DNA of 64,000 nt from a virus. Both the position numbers and the translations under genes were made by a program. The notes under the pieces are model-generated. The model worked only from the letters and a program-made list of their open reading frames with translations. It was not told where the DNA came from and ran no database searches. Positions within the stretch are counted from its first letter, which is position 1, and each line of letters starts with the position of its first letter. Positions 30,244 through 40,947 of the stretch are shown here, one piece after another. The DNA lies in the IMG/VR virus record IMGVR_UViG_3300011115_000717, positions 43,929 to 107,928 of that record; one strand, given 5' to 3'.

Positions 30244-33200
30244 ATCCTCTGGATTAAAGCTAACAAGAGATTATAGCAGGTTTCTGTTGGAACAACAAGC
30301 TTTTGTTGCCAAGAAAACATGTGCTATACTTTTTGGTGAAGAAACCGATTATGATGGATCAGATGACAAATCAAATGATCCTCCATTTACTTCACACCTA
30401 AGTGGACAATTCTATGTTCATATTAACCTCGATGGTCGTAGAAAAATTAAAACTGCCAATACTGCACAAGAAGCAGCCTTGTTAACCAAAGATTATCCTG
30501 GTTCTGTGATTTATAATTTTAAGGGAGATGAAGTCGATCCGAACCAAGTTAAAATGACAGAATCTGTTGAAAGATTTAATATTTTTGAGGATGAGGCATA
30601 TGATTACACAAAAAGTGAATCAAAGAAAAGAGCACCAGAAGATGAAAGCGGAATTTTGAATTCCATTGCTAATGCATGGAGATCAAAAGAAAAAGGTGCA
30701 GCCGTTGCTATGGCAAACAATAATAGTTTCATAGCCCGTAATTTACAGAATCTACAAAATGCATTAACAGGAATTGGGGCTTTTGGTGCGGATCGTACAC
30801 CAGAACAAACCATGCAAGAAAGAGATGATGAAGTTAAAAAATTACGTGATAAATTAGATGCATATGAAATGGAACAACGTGGTAAAGGTTTTAGAAACGT
30901 AGAAGATATCCCATTATCAGATGAAGAGACAAAAGATGTTCAGACTTTTATAAAACAAAGACAAGAGCAACAAGATCGTGTAGGTCCAATGATGCCCGGT
31001 GTAACAGAGAGAGTTGTTGGATTACCAAGAGAACAACTCAAAGCTTATAAAGATTTTTATAAAACTGCAACAGCATATCAAGGCAAAGCTTTACAAGATT
31101 ATTATGATCAGAATCCAGACAAATATTCTGCCCATGAACCATATATGGATACCAAAACAGCTGTAGCTTTAAAACCTATATCTAGAAGCGAAGATGAAGG
31201 CTCATCTATGCCCGGGCGGTTAAAAGGTACATCATTCGATTCTGCTGCGAAAGTAGTTGCTGGCTTACCAGAAACTGCAGCTATGTTGGCTGCGGGTATT
31301 GTTGCACCAGAATTGGTTGGTGGCTTAGTTGGTGGAGCAGGAAGAATAGTTCCAGCGATTGCTAGAGTATCATCTGGTGCTGCAGCAAAGGCTGCAACAG
31401 CCCAAGCTATTAATACTGCAGTAGGGCTCGCTGGAGTAGATAAATTAGCAAATGCAAAAGATGTTGTTCAAGGTGCAGAAGGTGCCGTAATGGCTGCTGC
31501 TATTGGTGATCCACTTTTTAAATCAACATCACCAAATCCAGCAGCACATAAAAATGCTATAGATTTATGGAATGCAAAATTAAAAGCTGAACGCACTAGC
31601 ACTCTTGCTGGACAAAAAGGTGCATATGAAACAAGTGCAATGATTCGTAGAGAAGTACCAACTGGAGCAAAAGAAGGCGCAAAACGTACTGGCCCAAGAG
31701 GAGAATATCCAAAAGTAGCTGAGACACCACCAACAACTGAGTGGCCCGGTGTCAACACAAACCCAAGAACTATTGAAACCGGTGGTAAAGCTTCTGAGAC
31801 CGCTGGGCAAGTCGCTAACGAAGAAATTCCATTGCTGTTAAGAAATTTAGAAACAAGAGCGTGGCGTGACTATGAAACATTTGATCCAGCAGTTGTCCGT
31901 CAGGCTGCTAGAGATAGAGTAGCAGGTAGATTAGGAAGTGGACAACCTGAAGTTCCTGGAACACGCCCTAGTGTCCCAAGTGAAAATCCACCAGCTGCCA
32001 GAGAAACAGTACCATTGAGATTAACTGATACTGGGACATACAAAGAGCGAGAAAAAGAACGCAATAAAGCAGAAAATAAAGAAAAAGAAAGAATCGAAAC
32101 AGAAATGCGAAAGGGGCGAGTTAATCCTGAACAGACTTCTTCTCGTCCAAGTTTTGCTGATACAGTAGATGCACTCAAAGGAACAGTACAAAAAGCGGGA
32201 ACAGAGTTGGTAAATTGGATGAAACCAAAACCAGGAACTTCTGTTCAACGCAGATCACTGACACCTTCATCAGAACTAGCCTTATACCCAAAAAGAACAG
32301 CCAGTGAAGTTTTAGCTGACACAAAGTATGCAACTGAAAAACCACTTGGTGTGCTACGTCAAGCAGCAAAAGATATTTCTACTGGAGTGAAAGAAACCGG
32401 AATAGGAAAAACTACAGCACAAGTAGCCGCTGTGGCAACACAAGCTGCCCCTGCTGTTATGCCGGACTTAGCAACACCACCTGCTATTCGGGCAGCAGCA
32501 CCTGATGTCTGGAAACCATCAAGTAACATGGATCTAATGACTTCGCCCGAGCCAATAAAGGCACCAAGAGCAACGGCAAATCCTGAACCAATTAGTGTTA
32601 CACCTCAAGGGGAAGTAATTAGAGTTACACCAGAACCAAAACCTGTTGATCGCACTGCCATTGACAATTTATTAGTAAAACTTATTCCTACAGCGGCTAA
32701 TAGACCAGCTCCAGCACGTGATTCATGGAAACCAGCACCAAGTATAGCGCCAATGACGGTATCGGGTGATGGTGCACCTCCACCACAAACTAGATCCCCT
32801 GAAATATTTCAAAAACCAGAGAACTTTAGAGTTACACCAGAACCAACACCAGTTAATCGTGCTGCCATTGATTCTTTTGTAAAGTCTTTACTACCTTCTG
32901 CGGCTAATAGAACTACATCTACTCAACCCACTAACAATGTACCGCCACCAACAACAGCACCGTCAACACCAAGTGATACACCATCAGTTGCGACACCATC
33001 TAAGGTAAATGTTACAACGACAGCACCAACAACAGTTCCAGCACCAGCATCTTCAACAACCACATCTACAAGTACTGCACAAGCACCGGTAACAGCGCCA
33101 ACAGTAGCTCCAGCAAAGGCGACAGTAGATACTCCAGACACAGCTCCAGTAACTAATCCAGTAAATAATATTGCTCAAACTCTTATAGCAGCAGCTATTG

Positions 33201-33400
33201 GTGGGGGTTCCAAATTCCTTCCAGGTAAAAAGGGTGGTGGTGGTGGCGGCGGTGGCGGGGCTGGTGGTGGTATGGGAGGCGGTCCAGGATCTCAAGAAGA
33301 ACTTAAACGCCAACAACAAGACATGGAATCCAAAGCTAAAAATTGGGATCTCTTGGTAAAGAATATTTGGGGAAAGAATGTAGAAACCTTGACTAAATAA
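30215..33400 (+). CDS. Large low-complexity protein, candidate internal head/ejected protein
   Basis: N-terminus MKNFNQLVNES; A/G-rich hydrophobic stretch; repeated RVTPEP.PV.R.AID..V..L.P.AANR; P/T-rich tail. Confidence 0.75.
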   Translation: MKNFNQLVNESSGLKLTRDYSRFLLEQQAFVAKKTCAILFGEETDYDGSDDKSNDPPFTSHLSGQFYVHINLDGRRKIKTANTAQEAALLTKDYPGSVIYNFKGDEVDPNQVKMTESVERFNIFEDEAYDYTKSESKKRAPEDESGILNSIANAWRSKEKGAAVAMANNNSFIARNLQNLQNALTGIGAFGADRTPEQTMQERDDEVKKLRDKLDAYEMEQRGKGFRNVEDIPLSDEETKDVQTFIKQRQEQQDRVGPMMPGVTERVVGLPREQLKAYKDFYKTATAYQGKALQDYYDQNPDKYSAHEPYMDTKTAVALKPISRSEDEGSSMPGRLKGTSFDSAAKVVAGLPETAAMLAAGIVAPELVGGLVGGAGRIVPAIARVSSGAAAKAATAQAINTAVGLAGVDKLANAKDVVQGAEGAVMAAAIGDPLFKSTSPNPAAHKNAIDLWNAKLKAERTSTLAGQKGAYETSAMIRREVPTGAKEGAKRTGPRGEYPKVAETPPTTEWPGVNTNPRTIETGGKASETAGQVANEEIPLLLRNLETRAWRDYETFDPAVVRQAARDRVAGRLGSGQPEVPGTRPSVPSENPPAARETVPLRLTDTGTYKEREKERNKAENKEKERIETEMRKGRVNPEQTSSRPSFADTVDALKGTVQKAGTELVNWMKPKPGTSVQRRSLTPSSELALYPKRTASEVLADTKYATEKPLGVLRQAAKDISTGVKETGIGKTTAQVAAVATQAAPAVMPDLATPPAIRAAAPDVWKPSSNMDLMTSPEPIKAPRATANPEPISVTPQGEVIRVTPEPKPVDRTAIDNLLVKLIPTAANRPAPARDSWKPAPSIAPMTVSGDGAPPPQTRSPEIFQKPENFRVTPEPTPVNRAAIDSFVKSLLPSAANRTTSTQPTNNVPPPTTAPSTPSDTPSVATPSKVNVTTTAPTTVPAPASSTTTSTSTAQAPVTAPTVAPAKATVDTPDTAPVTNPVNNIAQTLIAAAIGGGSKFLPGKKGGGGGGGGGAGGGMGGGPGSQEELKRQQQDMESKAKNWDLLVKNIWGKNVETLTK

Positions 33401-33440
33401 GTTGTAATGTTACGTGTGTTTTGCTATAATAGAGATACAA

Positions 33441-34115
33441 GTGTTACCTGTTAAAAAATTTATACATAATCGTTTAGACATTAATGGTAGTCTTCAGGAA
33501 GAAACAACTCGCACTGGTCGCTCTTACAGCACACCAGAAGGAGTTTTTCCATCTGTGACTACTGTTGTTGGTTTTGAAAAACAAAAGTTTTTTGCTAAAT
33601 GGCGAGCAAATAATGCAACTGAAAGTTTGCGTGTAACTACACGGGGAACAGATTTTCATGGTATTATTGAAGACTACATGAATAATAAAGAGATTGACTT
33701 TGATAAAATGATGCCAAATATGGTAGATATTTTTATTAAAATTCAACCTTTGTTACACAGAATTGATAATATTAGATTACTCGAAGCTCCTCTATGGTCA
33801 TCTTTACTGGGTTTAGCCGGAAGAACAGATTGTATTGCTGATTTTGATGGTGAGTTATCTATTATCGATTTTAAAGCAAGCACCAAAACAAAAAGATCAC
33901 AAGACATTGAAAATTACTTTCTACAAGCAACAGCCTATGCTATGATGCTACAAGAAAGAACCTCAATTAAAGTAAATAAATTTTCTATTTTAATTGCCTG
34001 TGAAAATGGAAGTAGTCAAGTCTTTGAAGGCAAACCGATTACTTATGTTAAAAAATTAAAAGAAATTATAGATCGATATAAGGAACATCAATATGTACAG
34101 AACCAGAATAGTTGA
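33441..34115 (+). CDS. PD-(D/E)xK exonuclease (T4-like cyanophage type)
   Basis: R.Y.TPEG.FPSVTTV, RGT.FH, LAGRTDCIADFDGELSIIDFK, YFLQ.TAYA. Confidence 0.9.
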   Translation: MLPVKKFIHNRLDINGSLQEETTRTGRSYSTPEGVFPSVTTVVGFEKQKFFAKWRANNATESLRVTTRGTDFHGIIEDYMNNKEIDFDKMMPNMVDIFIKIQPLLHRIDNIRLLEAPLWSSLLGLAGRTDCIADFDGELSIIDFKASTKTKRSQDIENYFLQATAYAMMLQERTSIKVNKFSILIACENGSSQVFEGKPITYVKKLKEIIDRYKEHQYVQNQNS

Positions 34116-34725
34116 GATAGAAGAACGAGTAAACAAAAAGAATACCAAACTTTGGTTCATGATGAATGAAAATTCTCGTGCACCTTTACACAGACAACAA
34201 TTCGTTACTGAAAATGGTGGACTATTCTACCAAAATGACAGAGGCGATTGGATGTGGAAAAATGACTTTATTGTGAAGAACGGTTACTGGTTACGTAAAC
34301 GTGAAACTGGTAAAGAAGTATTTTTTGAAAATATGAGTGAATTTTGCCGGTTACATGACTTGTCTATAGTTAAGATATGTGAAGTCATGAATGGCAAGCG
34401 TAAGAGTTATAAGGACTGGGAAGCAGTAGAAGTTCGTCCTGTAAAAGACGGTCCTGGGGGCAAAAAGAACGTTGGAGAAAATCCAGAAAACCGCCCTAAA
34501 TTTGAAACAGTTACACAAACGGCTATCTTTAAAAACTGGAAAACCAATGAAATTGTATTGGTGACTAACATACCTCAATTTGCTGCTCGTATCAAGGGTC
34601 AGGAGAAAGAACTGTATCAAGTAGCCCGAGGACAGAAAAAATTCTATAAAGAATGGACTTTGGCTACATCTACTACTCCCCCTGCCTGTATGCTTCCTAA
34701 AAAAGCTCCCAAGAAGGAATCCTAA
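34093..34725 (+). CDS. Protein with two NUMOD1-like DNA-binding repeats
   Basis: F.NM.EFCR...L....ICEV.NGKRKSYKDW and NIPQFA......LYQVARGQKKFYKEW. Confidence 0.65.
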   Translation: MYRTRIVEIEERVNKKNTKLWFMMNENSRAPLHRQQFVTENGGLFYQNDRGDWMWKNDFIVKNGYWLRKRETGKEVFFENMSEFCRLHDLSIVKICEVMNGKRKSYKDWEAVEVRPVKDGPGGKKNVGENPENRPKFETVTQTAIFKNWKTNEIVLVTNIPQFAARIKGQEKELYQVARGQKKFYKEWTLATSTTPPACMLPKKAPKKES

Positions 34726-34737
34726 ATATTATGACAA

Positions 34738-37125
34738 ATGGATTTCAAACATCAATTATTAAAATATATCGCTGAAGCCAATGCACCCGCTACTCCTAAA
34801 ATAGGAGAGAGTATTCGCAAAGAAACTGCAACAGGTAGCGCAGGGTCTGCTAGAGAAAAAGATAGAAACCGTAAAAAAGTTGCACGGGCAAATGCACCAA
34901 AAAGAGACCAACTTCCTCAAGTAGAAATCCTTAAGCAGATTATTGCTGTAAAAACCACTGATGGTAAAACAGAACTAATTTATAAAGATTCGTTTAATAA
35001 TAGTTACCATGAAGTTCTGAATCCAGAAAAAGATTTATCAATAGAAGATGCCAAGGGACTTACTAAAGATCCGGCATTCACCCAAACACAAGCATCACAA
35101 CAATTATTTGGTGACCTTACTAAAAAGGCAGAATCCAAAGAATACTTTGGATCCAAAGAAAGAAAACGTGCAGCAGCCGAAACTGGTGGTAAAGCTGAAG
35201 GCGAAGAGGGTGTTGAAGATTTAGGTCCAGAAGTAGAGAAGAAAAAATTCATTAAACCCAAGAAAATGGGTATGCAAGATTTGTTAGCAAGTATGGCTAC
35301 CATGGATGGCACTCAACTTGGGTCAATTCCATTTGATTTGCGTCAAGAATTCTTTATGCAGAATCGTGATCCGATGGCAGCAAAGGATTTTGATGCCTTG
35401 ACATACGACTCTGTTGCAACTAAATTTGGTATAAGTGAGGTTGACATTCCATATAATGAGCAAGTTAAAAATGCTCTTATTATGATCTCTCGTTTGAAAG
35501 CTGGAGCATCTGATTCTGAATTAACCTTTGTAACTAATCTTAAGGGTGGAGCATTCACACAATTCGGAAGAGAAGCATTCGAGCAAGCAAAGAAAATTCT
35601 TTCTAAGGTTGGTGATGAGTGCATTCAAATGATGGTATCTGCATCGGAAGCTGGTCTTGCTGGTATTTCTGCCGAAGGTAAGACAGACTTTAAATGCGGT
35701 AATGTTAAATTTGCAGTAAATTCCCAAGGTGAAATTTCTTTATCCAGTGGTGATATGACCCAACTAGGAAAAGGAATAAAGAAAACTATTCAACGTAGTA
35801 TTATTCAAACTATGCAGGACCCAAGTCTTGCTGGAAAAGATCCAATATATAATACAGCGATTAATCAAGTCAATGATATTATGGCTAGTTCTGGGACAGG
35901 TTTGATGAGCGATGAATCATTTGCACAAGCAACCAAAGATCCATCTGTTCTAGCATTCATGCAGTCAGAACCAGTTATCAGTCCTACTGGTGAAAATCTT
36001 GGACCAATGGCTTTTCCAAATGGACAATTAAATCCTGCTATTTCCTTCAAGCAATTTGAAGATAATATGACACGAACCGTTGATAAGTTTATTGCACAAG
36101 AAAAAAGCAAGAAAGCACCTTTCATGCAATCTTTGATTCGCAATACAGTTGCTAATCATTTACGTGGTGATGGTGCAGTTGATCCAGAATCAGCTCCTTC
36201 TCATTTAGTAACAAACAATGGCATCTTTCCGATGAGTGATGATTACTTTGCAGATATTGCCGCAAATAGTGATATCACAATAGAGAGAACCAATAAGTCC
36301 TATTATAACAAGGCTAGCCGTATCGATAAATATAGTGTTGTTGTTGAGGATGCTGCCATGGTAGATCCATATCAACAGATTCGAGATATGGTTTCTGGTA
36401 TGTTGGTTCCTACTGGAAATTCACCGATTGAAGTCTTATCTAACACTTTAAATAAAAATTATAATTTTGATATGAATGTTAGTTTGTTACCAGGTATCAA
36501 ACCAAATGAAATTCATGGTGTAGAATATAATCTTTTAAGTGTTCAAGGTAAACGATATAAAATTCCTGTACTAAGAGACCAGGAACTAGTTGCAGCTAGC
36601 TTCGAAGAAAGCTATGTTGCAGCTAACAGTATTTTGCTTGAGAGTTTAACCAATGATGATGTTATTCGTGCATTATATGAAACAAATCTAATCACATATG
36701 ATGATGCAGAATGTATTGTTTATTCTCGTTATAATGATATGACAGTAGCACAACCAGTTTTGATTCCTATTTTACAAAGACTTGCCGAAAGTATTCACAG
36801 AGATCCCTCTCTTATTCAAATTTGTAAAACCAATTTGATCGAAGCAAAAGAACGTGTTAGAGATTATAAGCGTGAATATAAACTGTTCCATAGTAAACCA
36901 TCACAGATTAAAAATAGAACTGCCCGTACAACTGCTCGTCGAAGAGCAATTAAAAAAGGTAAAGTTCGTATCGGTGATAATAAAGATATAGATCATAAGA
37001 AGCCATTACGTAATGGTGGAAGTAATAAAGAGAGCAATCTACGTGTTAGAGATCGAAGCGCAAATCGTTCCGATAATGGTAAATATAAAGGACAGGCTCC
37101 AGATAAGCCACGCACCGACAAATGA
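34738..37125 (+). CDS. Large late protein with C-terminal HNH nuclease domain
   Basis: RDYKREY...R.ARR...KDIDHKKPLRNGGSN..SNLRV..RSANRS; CTAAATA upstream. Confidence 0.8.
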   Translation: MDFKHQLLKYIAEANAPATPKIGESIRKETATGSAGSAREKDRNRKKVARANAPKRDQLPQVEILKQIIAVKTTDGKTELIYKDSFNNSYHEVLNPEKDLSIEDAKGLTKDPAFTQTQASQQLFGDLTKKAESKEYFGSKERKRAAAETGGKAEGEEGVEDLGPEVEKKKFIKPKKMGMQDLLASMATMDGTQLGSIPFDLRQEFFMQNRDPMAAKDFDALTYDSVATKFGISEVDIPYNEQVKNALIMISRLKAGASDSELTFVTNLKGGAFTQFGREAFEQAKKILSKVGDECIQMMVSASEAGLAGISAEGKTDFKCGNVKFAVNSQGEISLSSGDMTQLGKGIKKTIQRSIIQTMQDPSLAGKDPIYNTAINQVNDIMASSGTGLMSDESFAQATKDPSVLAFMQSEPVISPTGENLGPMAFPNGQLNPAISFKQFEDNMTRTVDKFIAQEKSKKAPFMQSLIRNTVANHLRGDGAVDPESAPSHLVTNNGIFPMSDDYFADIAANSDITIERTNKSYYNKASRIDKYSVVVEDAAMVDPYQQIRDMVSGMLVPTGNSPIEVLSNTLNKNYNFDMNVSLLPGIKPNEIHGVEYNLLSVQGKRYKIPVLRDQELVAASFEESYVAANSILLESLTNDDVIRALYETNLITYDDAECIVYSRYNDMTVAQPVLIPILQRLAESIHRDPSLIQICKTNLIEAKERVRDYKREYKLFHSKPSQIKNRTARTTARRRAIKKGKVRIGDNKDIDHKKPLRNGGSNKESNLRVRDRSANRSDNGKYKGQAPDKPRTDK

Positions 37126-38153
37126 ATTTTAAACGTGCTTTAAAAGAATTAGTTTTAGAGAAAGTCTTTAGTTCCTCTGATACGAGCAAAACCAAAGACC
37201 GTTATGACGTAAATGGTAAAAAACTTGGAAAATGTGGTGAAGGTAAACCAGGTTCACAATTTAATGTTTGCATCGATAAACAAAAAGCCGAAACGCTTGG
37301 TAAAAAAGGTATTGCTAAGTTTGTAAAAAGAAAACAACTAGCCACAAATAAATCTAATACCAACAAGAAATCTAAACTCGAAGAATCATTCATACCGGAT
37401 GTTTTTGTTGTAGAAAATTTTGGTGGAACTAAAATTAGTTATCCAACTGTAACATCAGCAGATGCAGAAGCATATGATATTTTTATTACAAAAAACGGAC
37501 AGTTGTTTGAGATAAATGATATTAATGATAATGATGGCATCATCACAATGGACATCAAATATCATAATGGAATCAATGAAGGTTACGATGATCGCATTGA
37601 ATTTAAAATCAATGAAGAATTTGGTCTAGTTGGAGAAGGTCGATCTGGTTTTATTAATGAATACGGTGAATTAGAAGAAGCTTCCCAGATGGCTGGTAAA
37701 AAAGTTAAGCTTAATAAAATTATGCGTGGTGATGTAAAGAAATACAAAGTTTACACCAAGAATGATAAAGGTAATGTTGTTAAAGTAAACTTTGGTGACC
37801 CAAATATGGAGATTAAACGAGATGATCCTGCACGACGAAAGAATTTTCGTGCCAGACATAATTGTGAAGATCCAGGACCAAAATGGAAAGCCAAATATTG
37901 GGCTTGTAAAACTTGGAGTACAAAATCAGTATCATCTATGTTAAAAGAAGAAACAGACCCAACCATTACCAGAGAGTATAAAAATAAAAAGGGTAAATGG
38001 AATAAAGTGGCTGAAAACTTTATGAATAGCATATCTACCAATAGCCTATTGACAGAGTCAATAGCCATTAAACAGATAGAAAATACACTAGATGTTAACA
38101 AAATTGGGGTAAATCAGTCAATCGCGTACCTGAAGCAGTTTTTCTGCAAATAA
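37122..38153 (+). CDS. Multi-domain late protein with basic Cys/His modules
   Basis: KVKLNK.MRGDVKK.KVY.KNDKGNVVKVNFGDPNM.IKRD.PARRKNFRARHNC...YW.CK.W, a module recurrent in T4-like phages. Confidence 0.75.
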   Translation: MNFKRALKELVLEKVFSSSDTSKTKDRYDVNGKKLGKCGEGKPGSQFNVCIDKQKAETLGKKGIAKFVKRKQLATNKSNTNKKSKLEESFIPDVFVVENFGGTKISYPTVTSADAEAYDIFITKNGQLFEINDINDNDGIITMDIKYHNGINEGYDDRIEFKINEEFGLVGEGRSGFINEYGELEEASQMAGKKVKLNKIMRGDVKKYKVYTKNDKGNVVKVNFGDPNMEIKRDDPARRKNFRARHNCEDPGPKWKAKYWACKTWSTKSVSSMLKEETDPTITREYKNKKGKWNKVAENFMNSISTNSLLTESIAIKQIENTLDVNKIGVNQSIAYLKQFFCK

Positions 38154-38169
38154 ATAGAATAGGAATCAA

Positions 38170-38694
38170 ATGAAATTTAAAGATCTTCGCAAAAAAATAC
38201 AAAAACTCGTAGAATACTCAGGTGAAAGTTCAGAAGGCGGAAGCATTCAGGGAGGCGATCCACGCGGTGGACGTGTCTCTGCATTGTCTGACTTCGGTAC
38301 TCACCGTATTGAGCACGAAGCGATGCTTGACCGCATCAATGCATTCTTACATGCATATAGCGGTAAAGAGTTCCTAGACCCAGATGGTGCCATTAATATC
38401 ATCAAAACCAAACTTAATATCATTGGGTTTGATTTTAAACCAATGAAACTTGTTCCTGGTATGAATATTCTGAAGCTTTATCAATATGGTTCTCCTGGCA
38501 TGGGTGTCTTTGGTGTGTCCAAAGATCTCAAATGGGATGGAACAAAAGATAGTTTCAGTGCCACATCCGGTATCGATCCAGATTTTGACTACAACCTAGT
38601 AATCAACGTCACCAAAACCCCAAGCTATCTTATCAAATTTGATATGAAAGTTGTACATGGAGGCGAAGAAGTTGACTGTGGTTGCGAACATTAA
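38170..38694 (+). CDS. Conserved T4-like hypothetical late protein
   Basis: ATAAATA plus AGGA RBS; RINAFL...LDP..A...IKTKLNIIG. Confidence 0.7.
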   Translation: MKFKDLRKKIQKLVEYSGESSEGGSIQGGDPRGGRVSALSDFGTHRIEHEAMLDRINAFLHAYSGKEFLDPDGAINIIKTKLNIIGFDFKPMKLVPGMNILKLYQYGSPGMGVFGVSKDLKWDGTKDSFSATSGIDPDFDYNLVINVTKTPSYLIKFDMKVVHGGEEVDCGCEH

Positions 38695-38708
38695 AGTTAA
38701 AATCAAAG

Positions 38709-39103
38709 TGATCAATGACGAAGATGATGATGCTTTCTTAATTTTTGCCAAGAAACATTATTTTAATCCACATTGTACATCAAACAGTGAATTCTTTGAA
38801 GATCTCAAAAGAATAAAATATGTAAAACGATTGTTATTTCGTTTTCACAAAGCACGTAGTTTGAAGTCTATCAAGGAACGTCTTATCATTAACCACTTAA
38901 TAGTTTTAAGAAATGTATTTGGTGATCAACCAGCTGCTGAAATGTTATTCTTAAAGCATGAAGTTAAATTTCATAGTTATTTAAAAAGTTTTTTAGTTTT
39001 CTTAAATTTTAAACTTACGCCTATTGTAAATGTAGATTATCCACAGTTATCATGTGATCCAAGAATTGATAGAAAATTATCACTAATCACGGAAAAACAA
39101 TGA
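38709..39103 (+). CDS. Conserved T4-like cyanophage-type hypothetical protein
   Basis: FAKKHY.NPHC...EFFEDLKRIKYVKRLL...KERLIINHLIVL.NVFG; start uncertain. Confidence 0.8.
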
Positions 39104-39903
39104 ATCCATTAAATCTTATAATCCAACCATCAACAGTATACCATTTTGCTGAACTATTGAATAAACCATTTAATCAATATTCCGCATATACATCTGGTCT
39201 TATTGATAATAATGGTCAGATTACTAAAAAGAATGGTAGTATGGACGGTCTAGAGTACATTGCTATTCGTATGAAGTCTTTTCTAAAAGATCTTATGCCT
39301 GGTTCTACTAAATTCTTTTTACAGAGTTTATCGGGAACATTGAAGTTGTTTAACGAAGAGTTAAATCAAATGGGTATCGATAGAGATTCTGCAAATATGG
39401 TTTTAGAATGCTATCTTTTAGGCACCACAGAAGGTAAAGTTAGTTACCTTGATTATCTATTAGAAGAAGCTCAAGTAAGATATATCACAGAAGAGATGAG
39501 TGCAGGTGCTGCAGGTGGTATGGCATCTCCAGCACATACTAATTTACAAGGTGGTATTGGTGGAATTGATCGCCCCATGGGATTGATGTTTAATCGTAAG
39601 CGTCGAAGAAAAAGAAAATCTGCTAGAATTGTTGAAGCAAATATGGAATCCCCACAACAAAAGGCCAACCCTTATCTTCCGATTCAGGTTGACCCTTTGT
39701 ATTATGATGAACTAACGAGATCTCTTGCACCAGGTGGTGAACTTGACTTTGATCAAATTACTACACCAGAATTACAAAAATACTTAAAACGTCTTGGTGA
39801 GAGATCAAAGAACAAAACTGTATATGTGGTTGGAAATAACACACAACCACCTATGCAACTGAATCTTAATCGCTCAAGAAAGTCTTCGAAGAAACCTTCG
39901 TAG
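39100..39903 (+). CDS. Conserved T4-like hypothetical protein (gp30.3-like N-terminus)
   Basis: L.KPF....AY..GLID.NG motif; usually follows the preceding gene. Confidence 0.65.
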   Translation: MNPLNLIIQPSTVYHFAELLNKPFNQYSAYTSGLIDNNGQITKKNGSMDGLEYIAIRMKSFLKDLMPGSTKFFLQSLSGTLKLFNEELNQMGIDRDSANMVLECYLLGTTEGKVSYLDYLLEEAQVRYITEEMSAGAAGGMASPAHTNLQGGIGGIDRPMGLMFNRKRRRKRKSARIVEANMESPQQKANPYLPIQVDPLYYDELTRSLAPGGELDFDQITTPELQKYLKRLGERSKNKTVYVVGNNTQPPMQLNLNRSRKSSKKPS

Positions 39904-40114
39904 ACTCTTGATATAACGGATGCCCAGATAGATAAGATTTAGTCATTAAAGAGCTCTTCTCTTTTTCTATAATATCTTTGTGACAATCATTATATCCTTG
40001 TTGATATTCTTCCTGAAGACTCTTGAGTTCATTAGGAAGTGTTCTGATGCCACGACCAGTCATACGGTCATCCCAACCTTCACGATATAACTTTCCTGGA
40101 ACATAATCAATCAT
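39866..40114 (-). CDS. Hypothetical protein
   Basis: Y.EGW...EYQQGYND; coupled to upstream ORF. Confidence 0.6.
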   Translation of the reverse strand: MIDYVPGKLYREGWDDRMTGRGIRTLPNELKSLQEEYQQGYNDCHKDIIEKEKSSLMTKSYLSGHPLYQESTKVSSKTFLSD

Positions 40115-40476
40115 TTGTTGTTTCTTTCTGCCATTGAAGCAAGAATCTTATCAATAGTACCAACGTACTCTGGATAATTGTTCATCTTAAAAAAGCCACG
40201 CATCTCTAATAGATGCTCATAATCCTTTTCAAAGATAACTACAAGACCACCGGAACCTGCTCCAGAATTTTGTAATTTATCTTGAAAATCATCAACCATT
40301 TTATGCCACTCTTGTTTTGAGATATTGGTCTTGTGTCTCTTCATGAACTCATCAAACTGATCATTAGTATCCATATCTGTATCCTTTAAATATTGTTTAA
40401 TTCGATTAATGTGCTTATACTTTTTATTATTATTAAACTCATCCCATGGTGACATATCATGATTGGGCTTTGACAT
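40111..40476 (-). CDS. Hypothetical protein
   Basis: Overlapping operon geometry. Confidence 0.65.
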   Translation of the reverse strand: MSKPNHDMSPWDEFNNNKKYKHINRIKQYLKDTDMDTNDQFDEFMKRHKTNISKQEWHKMVDDFQDKLQNSGAGSGGLVVIFEKDYEHLLEMRGFFKMNNYPEYVGTIDKILASMAERNNK

Positions 40477-40786
40477 TTTTATCTTTCTGTGTAAGATCGA
40501 AGAAATTCTCGTAAATCACAGTACCATCAGATGTGGTAGCAGAAAGATATCTGATATGCTGATTGAGAGCTTCTTTGAGAGTTAAGGGGTGATTAACACC
40601 AAAAGAAAAGTTCTTGATCCATGCTGGGCAACCACCCAATGTTATACGAACTTCTGTTCCATCAAGTGAGTTACCATAAAAATCAAAACTAGAATTATCA
40701 CCATCATAATAGGTAAAGAAACATTCAATGTTTTGATATTTGACTTTTAACGAATCCAAATCAATGGATTTAAACGATTTCTTCAT
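40457..40786 (-). CDS. Hypothetical protein
   Basis: F.YYDG..SFDFYG; ATGA coupling. Confidence 0.65.
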   Translation of the reverse strand: MKKSFKSIDLDSLKVKYQNIECFFTYYDGDNSSFDFYGNSLDGTEVRITLGGCPAWIKNFSFGVNHPLTLKEALNQHIRYLSATTSDGTVIYENFFDLTQKDKNVKAQS

Positions 40787-40947
40787 AGTCTAGCTTTCTG
40801 TACGACAAATGGAAGCTTTCCTTCACCAAGAAGAACCTTCAATGTTGACTTTTTAGCATCCATCATGCTTACTATACGATTGCGACGTAAACGTTCTTTA
40901 CGATTTTTGTGCTTTTTACTAGTAAGCCTTTGTTTCGAATTAGGCAT
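40783..40947 (-). CDS. Small very basic protein (54 aa, not in ORF track)
   Basis: AAGGA RBS; MPNSKQRLTSKKHKNRKERLRRNR...; stop overlaps next ATG. Confidence 0.65.
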   Translation of the reverse strand: MPNSKQRLTSKKHKNRKERLRRNRIVSMMDAKKSTLKVLLGEGKLPFVVQKARL

